Positions 23,301 through 35,300 of a stretch of DNA of 64,000 nucleotides are shown piece by piece. The position numbers and the translations under genes were made by a program. Each line of letters starts with the position of its first letter. Within the stretch, counting starts at the first letter, position 1. This DNA is from Bugula neritina (lineage: Eukaryota > Animalia > Bryozoa): positions 29,697,504 to 29,761,503 of the forward strand of contig OZ037765.1 in NCBI GenBank assembly GCA_964035545.1. Reading direction: 5' to 3'. Under the pieces are notes generated by a model. The model was given only the letters and a program-made list of their open reading frames with translations, was not told the DNA's origin and made no database searches.

Positions 23301-26300
23301 TTTCTATTGGTCAGGCAGGAGAATTTGACTACTCTGGTTCTCAGGTAACTGGGATCTACCTTTTCTAATTAGTCGTACTTGCTGTCCAAATGTCATCTTA
23401 TCTAATTAGAGTTGTCTGCTAAAAATGGTGGACTGGAATACTGCACACAGATTCACATTGATGCATATACTTGTATGTTTTGGTTATTAGGCACTAAAAG
23501 CATTGAAGGAAGAAAACATCCAGACTATTCTTATAAATCCCAACATAGCCACTGTGCAGACGTCTAAAGGCATGGCCGACAAATGCTACTTCCTGCCGAT
23601 TACTGCTCACTATGTTTCTCAGGTGTGTTGGTCTCACCATTTCTAAGGAAATTGCTGCTGGAATCTTCTATGTTTCATGGTGTTTAAAGAATTTTTTCTT
23701 AAGAACAGCTTGCATTCAGCTGCATTTATATAAAAGCCTAGTTGATGAAGCCAAAAGTGTTACAGTGTTAATTTGCATGGTCCTTGTTAGTAATTTTAAG
23801 CCATCGCATTTAATTTGTTTGATGGAATTTAAAAACAAAACTTTCTGAAACTGCAGTTATGGTTACTTAGTTTAACGGACTGCCTTGTGTTTTTGTTAAA
23901 CAATTTTTTTACAGCTGCACCAGTGCTCTAGAAGGAATATCAACTGAAAGATTGAAAAGCAATATTTTCTCTTCATTTCTTCAATATCTCTTAAATATTA
24001 CCTCAAATATTTCTTTATGCTTTAGCAATTTAAAGAGCTAGCTTCGATACCTGCTTTAAACCACTGAGAGTAGCTCTATTATCTATGCTGTGTTCTTTAT
24101 TTCAATCCTTCTGTACTTCTTTTTGGAGCGTCAGGTTGAGGTTTCTTACCTACGAAATTTGTTTGTCAGGTGATAGATAGTGAGAGACCAGACAGCATAT
24201 TGCTGGCATTTGGCGGACAGACGGCTCTCAATTGTGGCATAGAGTTGTGGAAGTCTGGAGTGTTGGCCAAGTACAATGTGCGAGTGCTGGGTACGCAGAT
24301 CAACGTGATCGAATGGACGGAGGATAGAAAGGTGTTTGCGGAGAAAATGGCGGAGATTGGGGAGAGTGTTGCGCCGAGTGCAGCTGCTCACACTATTGAA
24401 GAAGTGAGTAAAGTCGCCTTTTCTGGTCATCGCTACGTGTTGATTAGAAGAATGCGTGACGTACTATGACTGATGTGTTGTGTGATATTTTACGTTCATT
24501 GTATGTTTTTCTGTGATGACGCTAAGGAAATCTGCTGTATTTTACAGAGAAAAAAGCAAGCAAGAATTTGTAGCGAGGAGAAAATTTTCTTATATTTAAA
24601 ATAATTTAATGTAAAGAAAATAGCTGTAGCCTAATAAGCAGAGTATACATGAACTTCATATGTTATTACCAGCAATCGGAGGGACTCTGTACACGTTCAG
24701 ATATGTTTTGGAAGTATTTGTAGAAAATAAATGTACCATCTCTTGATAGTGTATTTATTGTTTTGCCACAGTGTTATATGAATACTTATATTAGGTTGTA
24801 GCTGCTGCCAATAACCTTGGCTACCCGGTAATGATAAGGTCAGCGTTCACCTTGGGTGGTCTCGGGTCTGGGTTTGCTGACAATGAGGCGGAGCTTCGAG
24901 ATATGGCCGTCAGAGCGTTCAGTCACACCAACCAGGTGCTGGTCGATAAATCTCTTCGTGGCTGGAAGGAAGTTGAATATGAAGTGGTCAGAGATGCGTA
25001 TGACAACTGCATTACTGTAAGTCTATATGCTACTGTAAGTCACTCTGTATTAGTGTAAGTCACTCTGTACTAGTGTAAGTCACTCTGTACTAGTGTAAGT
25101 CACTCTGTACTAGTGTAAGTCACTCTGTATTAGTGTAAGTCACTCTGTATTAGTGTAAGTCACTCTGTATTAGTGTAAGTCACTCTGTACTAGTGTAAGT
25201 CACTCTGTATTAGTGTAAGTCACTCTGTATTAGTGTAAGTCACTCTGTATTAGTGTAAGTCACTCTGTACTAGTGTAAGTCACTCTGTATTAGTGTAAGT
25301 CACTCTGTATTAGTGTAAGTCACTCTGTATTAGTGTAAGTCACTCTGGGGGTTAGTGAATGCTTGCTTTACTATGGTTATTACTTAGGGTAAGTTCATAT
25401 GTAGAATTAAAAGGTAAGTTTGTAATATGTTCAGCAAGCTGTACTTTTAATAGCTGCTTTCAACATACGTATAAAATCATATTAGATTTATAAAACTGTA
25501 TGACTATAAGTTAAAAGTTACTGCTTGAGTAAAATTAGTGTATTAGTAATCTTGTGTTACTATCTCTCATAGATTTTAATTGACAGAAAAAGATTATAAA
25601 AATTGTAATATTCTGAGCATTATAGGTGTGTAACATGGAGAATATTGATCCTTTGGGTATTCACACCGGTGACTCTATAGTTGTGGCACCTAGTCAAACC
25701 CTCTCTAACCAAGAGTATAACATGCTGAGAACCACTGCTATCAAAGTTATCCGTCATCTGGGTGTTGTCGGAGAATGCAATATACAGTATGCCCTTTGCC
25801 CCACTAGTGAGCAGGTTGGTCCTTCTAATTACTCTACTGAATAATTCTTATATTAATTTATAACCAATGTTCTACAACTAACCTGATAAAGAGCAAGTGT
25901 AGTTTACTATATTTTTGTCAGTAAAAGAAACTTTCAACGAAACGAGTATATTGTTCATGGATATAGACGCAATCGTGGAGTGTTGATCTAAACAGATGCT
26001 TTTATTTCATTACCGTTACTAGTTTACGCTGGCCAAGAAATTAGGATACTAAACATATTTAGAATATTGTTTGTTTGCTGTTATTTTTAGATTCACCATA
26101 TAATTCTGCTAACGAGAGATCAGCATGTACAGTTATACGTTTTCTAGAGGGGAATAATTTTAATTCACTATTGTTGAAAACAGCCTTTGATTTCTGGTTT
26201 TAATTGATACGAGTTTTTCATACGATTTTAATCATACTAATGTTTGTCAACACATTTTCTGGTAGTACTATATCATAGAAGTCAATGCGAGACTGTCCAG

Positions 26301-29300
26301 GAGTTCTGCTCTGGCCAGTAAGGCCACAGGCTATCCCTTAGCCTATATAGCAGCTAAACTTGCCCTAAACATACCCCTCCCTGAGCTGAAGAACTCAGTC
26401 ACCAACTCTACCACTGCTTGCTTTGAGCCCAGTCTTGATTACTGTGTCGTTAAAATCCCAAGATGGGACCTGAAGAAGTTTGATAAAGTTGATGACAAGG
26501 TAATTTTTAGGAACATGAATCGTTACAATGAGATTATACATCTTTATTTTCTAGTACAATCTGATTGGTATTTTATTTTCTAAAAAAGCAAAGAAATATT
26601 ATTCAATTTTTGTTTTGCCGAATCTACTTTTCGAGTTTTTTTTTCTAAATCTTACTCGTTGCATAGTGCAGAGAATTTAAACTGTGGCTGTAGATTGGCA
26701 GCTCGATGAAAAGTGTGGGAGAAGTGATGGCTGTCGCCAGAGGGTTTGAGGAGGCATTCCAGAAAGCTTTAAGGATGACGGAAGAGAGTGTTCCTGGTTT
26801 CTGCCCTAACCAAAAGCCAGCTTCTGATGAGGTAAGATGTTGGCACTTCTGCAGATTTAGCTTTGCTTTCAAAATAATATTTATATAAAACCAAAGAGAA
26901 TTGAATAAAGCTAGTGTAATAATGAAGATGTTGTTCATTGAAGCTGGGAAATTTAAGGAATATTTTGCCATTTTATCAGCAAAGTTTTTAATCTGCATTC
27001 AACTTTGTTATTTACACAAACGAAATCCATATGTTACTGTATTTAATAAAGTAAAGTAAAGACATTGAACTATTTTATCAGGGTTTGTCTAATCCCACGG
27101 ATGAAAGGGTGTTTGTGTTGGCTGCTGCCCTCCAAGATGGCTACTCTATTGATCGTCTCTATGACTTGACTAAGATTGATCGTTGGTTTCTCTACAAATT
27201 CAAGAATATTATTGAGACGAGAACAGCACTGACTAGCTACAAAGTGGAAACTATTCCAGGTTCTTTACTCCTTCATGCTAAGAAACTGGGCTTTTGTGAT
27301 AGACAGATTGGGAAGTTTGTTGAGTGGTGAGTGAGACTTTCTGTTAGCAAAAGTGACCTTTCCATTGATGACCTTTCTTATGTCACTTGAACTTGTCGAC
27401 TGTTATCTCTTTAAATATGTATAATTTAGTTGTAGATTATTATTGTTGTTGTTGTTGTAAGCATGTATGTTAATTTATTTACTATGGGCAATAGCCACTA
27501 TTATATAACTGTTTCAAGCGCAACTATAAAATACAAATGCATTACTTTTTACACTTAAATGCTAAACTGAGTTGGTAGTTTTTGGTTATGCTGTCTGTTG
27601 GCCATTTTTAAGACTGCGCAACATGTAAGAGTAGGAATTGTGATATATGAAAGTGTTATTAGCAGTTTCACATTCTGGTGGCACTGAAGCCGGTGGGTTG
27701 TCTTGTCAGATCTTATTGATAATTGCCCGCAGCTAAAGCTGATTTCTTTGAATTTCCATTTATAATTTATCATTTTGATTTCTAAATTAAAATGTCTGTT
27801 TAGTTGTATTGTTTGGTAGTCATGTTTTCTGCTGCTTGTAGCACGGAAGTAGCCATAAGACGCTTAAGATTGCAGAAGAACATTTTACCTTACGTGAAGC
27901 ATATAGATACTGTCGCGGCGGAGTGGCCCGCGCATACCAACTACCTCTACCTCACGTATAATGCTACTAGCCATGACATAGCATATCCTGGTGGACACAT
28001 CATTGTACTCGGCTCTGGGGTTTATAGAATTGGTATGTTTTCAATTTATCAATCTAGAAATATTTTATGAAAGCCGGGAGGTCTTTTGCTGTACAGTTAG
28101 AAAATAAATTTTATCAAATTCTTGTCATCTAATTTTTTAAAATATTTTTTTCTGGAATTTTTTGTACTGGAAACTAACAAATTTGCGTTTGCCTATGTGT
28201 CTGTGGTACATTTATTGTCTAAACTATAGATATTTTACAGGTAGTAGTGTTGAATTTGATTGGTGTGCTGTGGGCTGTATCACAGAGTTGAGAAGGGTAA
28301 GTTTTCGCTAATGACAAAGTTTTATAATTGTCACCAGTAATGGTTATTGCATTTTGTAATTCGTTCTCAAAAGACCTAACCAAAATGCTCAAAACTTTCA
28401 TTAGCATGGTGTCTGCTTTACAGTTAAATTATTATCCGTATCAGTCTTGTGTGTAGAAATTCTGTCTGTCTGTTTGAACAGCTTGGCCACAAGACCATCA
28501 TGGTGAACTGCAACCCGGAAACAGTCAGCACCGACTATGACATGTGTGACCGGCTCTATTTTGATGAACTTTCTTTCGAGGTAAAATATAAATATTTTTA
28601 TTATTAGCATTTTCTCCTCATTTCCTGATTGATGGAGTTTTTTTCAATATTAGAATGTTTTAGTTAATAAAGTTTTCCAAAATACAGTGATTGGTGTTCT
28701 TGTTGAATCTGGCACTCTTTTAGTTCTGCTTTGTCATTGAATTCACACAAAGCTATGGCTATAAGCGTGTTGTGGACTGTTTTAGACTGTGATGGATATA
28801 TACACCCTTGAAAACCCCACTGGAGTGATTCTCAGTATGGGCGGACAACTCCCTAATAACATCGCTATGGATCTTCATCGCCAAGGGGTATGTGACAACT
28901 TTATTGTTTTTATTTGTTGATTGTCATAGATTTGTATTTTTTCAAATTCATTTGTTCATAAATACATAATCAAAATACTTTGCTGAATTTTAACTATCAT
29001 AACTTGGATTTGGTTTGTCAAGTGTTGCTATCTTATGTCATCTTCAGAGTAAATAAATAAAGTTGCTTTCTTTTTTGATTTAGTAATTGTGAATATTAGT
29101 ATTCAATATACTGATGTCAAATGAAGGATTGTTTCTACTCTTCAAGTATTTTATGTCCTTATTTGCCAAATGAACGATATTGTGCAAAATAGGCAAAATT
29201 TATAAATGGGATTTTGCAGTTAGTTATTGGTAGTTGTCATTGCAAGTATAGCGATCCTGCAAAAATGATATTGAATAGTGACTTTTGATAATGCTGAATT

Positions 29301-32279
29301 TTTTTGGGGGGCATTTATGGAAATTGAAAAATGAAATTTCAATTAATGCATTAAATTTTTTTTAATTGATTTTACACATTTTGAGTTTTGTTATAAAGCT
29401 TTTCTAGCAATTGTATATAATTACTAAGGTAGCATAATTTCAACTTAAAATCTCTAATTTCATTAACTTTGTGTTTTAATGTGTTGAAAATGTTTTTTAT
29501 ATAACTTCTCTCTAAAAATGACTATTCCGAATGATTTTCTAGGAATAATATTAATATAGGCTTCTATATCCCATTTGCTTTGTCCGCGTGTTTTATTTGC
29601 TTCCACCTCAGTAATGCATTGCTGCTTTATTTCCTTTAGGCTAAGATACTGGGCACTTCCGCTGAATGCATTGATGCTGCAGAGAACCGTTACAAGTTTT
29701 CCCGCATGTTGGACGGCATTGAGATATCCCAACCGACGTGGGAAGCACTCTCGGATATTGATGTAATTGACCTGATCTTTACACTAGTTTTACTTTAGGT
29801 CTGCACTAGTTTTGTGTTGACATGTTAAATGCTGCCTTACGTACATTACAGTACATGTTATGCAATTTTTGTTACTTTGCTGAGCTATTTTCTAGCTTTA
29901 CCAACAGCACAGGGCTTCGTCCAAATCTCACTAAGCTACCGGTCTTGAAACCTCAATTCGTGACATAGTAGACTACCAAGTTCAACTCACGGATCGGTTA
30001 AATTCTTCTATTTTGTAACCATACACCCACACAGAAGCCACAAAAAAGAAAGTCCAAGCCCTTCTCTTGACCTATGAGATTTCATGAAACCTGGAACCGT
30101 GAGATACAGAGGGAGCAGTGTATTATTTGTCCACCACTGAAAGAAATTATATTGTATTACTGAATAGTCTAGAGGTAATTGATTGTGTCTTGGCACCAGT
30201 TGTTGTGTTGGTTATTTAGAGTGCTAAGCAGTTCTGCCAGAAGGTTGGCTATCCTTGCCTTGTCAGACCCTCCTATGTGCTCAGTGGTGCCTGTATGAAT
30301 GTTGCCTACTCCGACAGCGAACTCACCAGCTATCTAGAGCAGGCTGCCGCTGTTAACCGAGACCACCCTGTCGTCATCTCCAAGTTCATTCTTGATGCTA
30401 AAGTAAGTTCTTGATGCTAAAGTAAGTTACTCTAAGGTGATTTTAAAAATATATTCCATATATTTTTAATAATTATTTGATAAAAGCTCATATTTTTTAG
30501 TTTCAATCACTGTAAGAACATTTGATGAAAAAGGCTTTTTAAAGGATGCTAAGGACTTGTTTTTTGATTTGGCAGACGGGGAATTATGACTGGATGCTTC
30601 TTCCTAGCGTGATCAACGGCTTTTACTGGGATTCAAACCCATGGCCTTGTGTTCACTAAGCCAGTGCTTTAACCACTAGCCACAGCTGCTCCTGTAATTT
30701 ATTATATCATAATTAAGTGTAACGAAGCTCCATATGCGACTCAGAACATTTTTTCCGTAAACAGTTTTAATTATTTTGATAGTTTTTGTAGTTACTGTTA
30801 GCATGAGGAGCTAGAAATTTATGAAATTGGTCTTTACCGAGTCACCCAATTATATACCAGCAGTACGAAACTAATAATCCTCATTTCTTCTGCAAGCACA
30901 AATGTTATTAGAATGGTGATAACCTTCCTATTTTCCTGGAGTGTCAATAAATTAACATGCGTACTTTAACTTTCAGGAAATAGATGTGGACTGTGTAGCT
31001 TGTGAAGGTGAGGTTGTGTGCATTGCTATATCTGAGCACATTGAGAACGCTGGTGTTCATTCCGGGGACGCTACTTTAGTCACCCCTCCTCAGGATCTGA
31101 ATGATGAGACCTTGGCTAAGATCAAGGCCATTGCGTACTCTGTGGGCAAGGCTCTACACGTCAATGGCCCCTTCAACATGCAGCTCATTGCTAAGGTAGG
31201 TTATCCGCTCTTGTTTCGTCAAATATTTCACTTGAAGCACACCATTTGCTTTTTTAGAAAACATATTTTGTTTGTGTGTGGAGGTAATTTATTCACCTTA
31301 TCTAGTTTTCTTTCATGTATAATAAAGTTTATATTTTGCAAGTAACATACTTAGTAGTAGTGTTAAAAGTTGCAAGATAAAGAATCTACTGAAATGTTAA
31401 TCTATTTTTCTTCCACATAAATTGTTCTACTACTCATTTATTCTGTTGCCAAGTTTATTTAGAAAGGCATAATTTTATACTTTTACTTTTTCCAGGAAAA
31501 CAACTTGAAAGTTATCGAATGTAATGTCAGAGTGTCAAGGTCTTTTCCATTTGTCTCGAAAACTCTCGATCATGATTTCATCGCCATGGCAACAAAGATC
31601 ATTGTTGGCGAGCATGTCAGCAGAGTTAATGTGCTGGAAGGGTGCGGCAGAGTTGGTGTCAAGGTCGGTTTTTGTCCAATACATATAGAAATTCAAGTTT
31701 ATTGTTGCGCATAGACATGAATTACAGCCAGCTAGTACTTTGAATATTGTTATGCATCACTACAAGTTTCTGCTGCTCAGCATTCACTGTTGATTGCATT
31801 ATTTCCTGTCTGTTTTAGGTGCCGGTGTTCTCGTACGCCCGCCTCACTGGTGCAAATGTACTGCAAGGGGTGGCCATGGCCAGCACTGGTGAAGTGGCGT
31901 GTTTCGGTGAGGACAGGTACGAGGCGTACTTCAAGGCCCTCCTCAGCACTGGATTCAAAGTGCCCAAAAAGGACATACTACTCTCTGCCGGCAGCTACAA
32001 TGGGAAGAATGAACTGCTGCCGTATGTGAAGAAACTGATTGACATGGGCTTCAAGTTGTACGGCAGCATGAGGACCACCGATTTCTACACGTCCCATGGT
32101 GTCAACGTGAGTAGTTTTCTGTGTAATCTTAGGCTAGACTTGGCGTTTTATAATCATCAGTACTGTACAGCAGGTACTTTGTGGTATAGTTTTCTATAAT
32201 ACTGTATCATACTGTGTTATACAGTCAAAACTGTAGTATATAATACTCGTTCTCTATATATATACTCGCATTGTATATC

Positions 32280-32314
<35 letters not shown>

Positions 32315-35300
32315 CCTGTAGTTTATACATACTCCTGTAGTATATACTCAGTGGTAGTTTATACATGTCTTTTTGTAGGTTGAAGAAGTAGACAACAACA
32401 TTCTGGACTCCCTAATGGCCAACGAGTTTGACCTCCTCATCAACCTTCCTCTGACCAGTGGTGGCTCCCGGAAGGTCTCTTCCATCACCACGCAAGGTCA
32501 CATAACCAGGCGGCTGGCCATAGACCACTCAGTTCCACTCATCACTGATGTCAAGTGTGCCAAGATGTTTGTACAGGTTAGTCACTAAAATCAGTTCGCG
32601 GATTTGGTAGCTATCCTTGTGATTTGATATTATTATGCAACATGCTATACAGTTAGTATAAGATTTTTCCAAACATTTGTTCTATTTGAGAATAATTTTC
32701 CAAGCTTGATGTAAAATAAGTATGACTGTGTATATGCAATCAGCTATAGCCTTGCCTTTTCTAAGATTCAAGGGTTTTTGCATGTGGTAGGTATGTTTAT
32801 CATCTGTGACCTGAATAAGGTACTAGCTTCTGAGAAAAACAAATCTCGTAATATAGCTTATCAGTTAACTATAGTTTGATATTATATTATAACATACAAT
32901 ATATACAATGTTAAAACTAGCTTTTACTCATTTGTAAGTTGATATTGTATTGTAGTTTAGACTTGGGTGGTTTGCCAATCCATTGTTTAAATCCGACATC
33001 TTATTTTGTAGGTTTAACTTATTACTTACTCTCTATTAAAATTCTGTATTAAATTCACCAAAGGAGGCTTGCTTACTGGGGTCTATTGTTAGTTGCCTAA
33101 TTATATTATTGGTTATCTTAGATCATGTATGTATGTATGCATATATGTGTGTATGTATGTATGTGTGTACGTATGTATGTGTGTACGTATGTAGGGATAC
33201 TAAATTCAGTGTGTTTTATAGGTTAAATTTGTATAAACTCAGTAACTGCATATTCATATATAAACAGACATTCACTGGATGTGGGTTGTGACAGGGTGTA
33301 GAGTGTAAACTGTAGACCTTCATAACTCAGTATTACAAGAGATTACTTAACCTAAGTGAATATTGCATTCAATGGATTTGGAATTGGGAGTTGTCTGTAC
33401 CACGTTGCCGTATGTTTTATACAGGCTCTGGAGAGAACCAATGGCCTTCCTAGTATGAAAACTCACATAGACTGCGTAACGTCACAGTCCATGTTCCGGC
33501 TACCCGGTATGTGTGGACAACTTCTACTCTAATATGAAGTCTAGAAATATTTTATTGTAGTCAAAGTAAACTCTTCCTGTAGTAAAATAATACGTTTTTG
33601 TCGATTGTATAATTTTATAAAAGTTCTCTTCAATGCCTGTACAACACGGGGTCCTGCAAGTTTAGGTGCTGATAATGCTTTAAGCACGTTGTTTTACTTT
33701 GGCAGGTCTGATAGATGTACACGTGCACATGAGAGAGCCTGGTGCTGTGCACAAGGAAGACTTCAAGTCGGGCACTGCGGCAGCACTTGCCGGGGGTGTC
33801 ACTATGGTGTTGTGCATGCCAAACACTGCACCTGCTATCATAGACTCTGACTCATTGCAGCTCGCTCATAAGGTATCTGTCTGCAGACGTCTGTAGCATC
33901 ATACTCTTTTCTCAAGAAGGAATTGTTTTAATTTTTTTCAGATTCATATTTTGGTTCCCTTAAAGTAAGTTAGTCGTAGATATGCTACTGATATATTGTG
34001 GCTCACGTTTTTTCTGCATCAAGCTAACAAAAGAGGCGATTCTTTTGGTACTAGAGTTGTGCTGCTGAATGTATGTCGGCAGTTTGCAATCATTTTGTGT
34101 TAAATAGTTGCTTTAAAAGCAATTAATTAGCAACTTAATGCTGATTCATTTTCCGCTTGTTGCAGTCCAGCATAAGTTCTTCTTAACGGCATCCGAATTT
34201 TTTTATCTTGTCGACATGAATTCTGGCTCTACCATTATGTGTAAAGAAGGCTATATTCTTGATGATATGTTGCTTCAAATTGGTAGCTCTCAATGGAGTG
34301 AATCAGTTCTGGTATGAACCATGTCAGTTCTCACAGCCGAGTTATTCTGCTCTGTTGTGCTGCCAGCAGTCATCCGCTAAGTCAACCTCCTTACAATAAG
34401 TAGTTTCCTGTCGCTGTAGTTGGCTAAGGAAGGGGCTCGGTGTGACTATGGTCTCTACCTTGGAGCCAGTGCCACTAACTACTCTGCATTGGCTGGCATC
34501 AGTCATGACGCAGTGGCACTCAAAATGTACCTCAATGAGACATATACAACCTTGAGACTGGACGACATCTCCGTATGGATGAAGGTACACTCCTTTATGT
34601 ATGTCCGCTGCTTTGGTTTTGTAGGTAAAGCAGTTCATAATGTTCTTAAGCTGTTTGTTTTATCTTTAGCATTTTGAAAACTGGCCGAAAAATAAGCCAA
34701 TAGTTTGCCACGCTGAGAGTCGAACCTGTGCGTCTGCTATTCTCTTGGCACATCTGTGTGATAGACCTGTTCACATAGCGCACCTGGCCCGCAAGGAAGA
34801 GATGATGGTGGTGAAGAAAGCTAAGGCTAATGGCCTCAAGGTGTGTTGAGATAGTAAAGTTTGTTATGTTTATAATAGCTCATTTAGTGTTAACAAACAT
34901 TTCATAATATTTCTTACCTTCTTGCTATTAGCTTGGCTTGAATAACAGCTGCAGCGGCAACATTTGGATCTTATAGCCCTATAGCCTAATCTTTCTACAC
35001 ATGTTGAATATATGTTCTGATTAACTAGAAGCTACATTGCTTTATTTCCAATGAAGTTTTATACTACATTGGTTCCGCACATGCTAGGTTTACTTTGACG
35101 AATGTAGGTAACCTGTGAAGTTTGCCCCCATCACTTGTTCTTAACCGAAGATAATCATATGAGTGAAGGGCGAAGCTCTGTACGCCCCCGTCTTGTCACC
35201 GAGGAAGATAGGCAATGTCTATGGGACAACATCGACATTATTGACTGTTTTGCTACTGATCACGGTGAGTATATTGAGACTAGGAGCCATAATGATAGTG

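Noticed and set aside
25035-25347. CRISPR-like or telomere-like array
   Set aside because: Head-to-tail 20-mers without unique spacers in a eukaryotic intron; this is a minisatellite.
30626-30692. Functional tRNA gene
   Set aside because: A and B boxes are present but the acceptor stem and cloverleaf are not intact. It is better explained as a SINE head.
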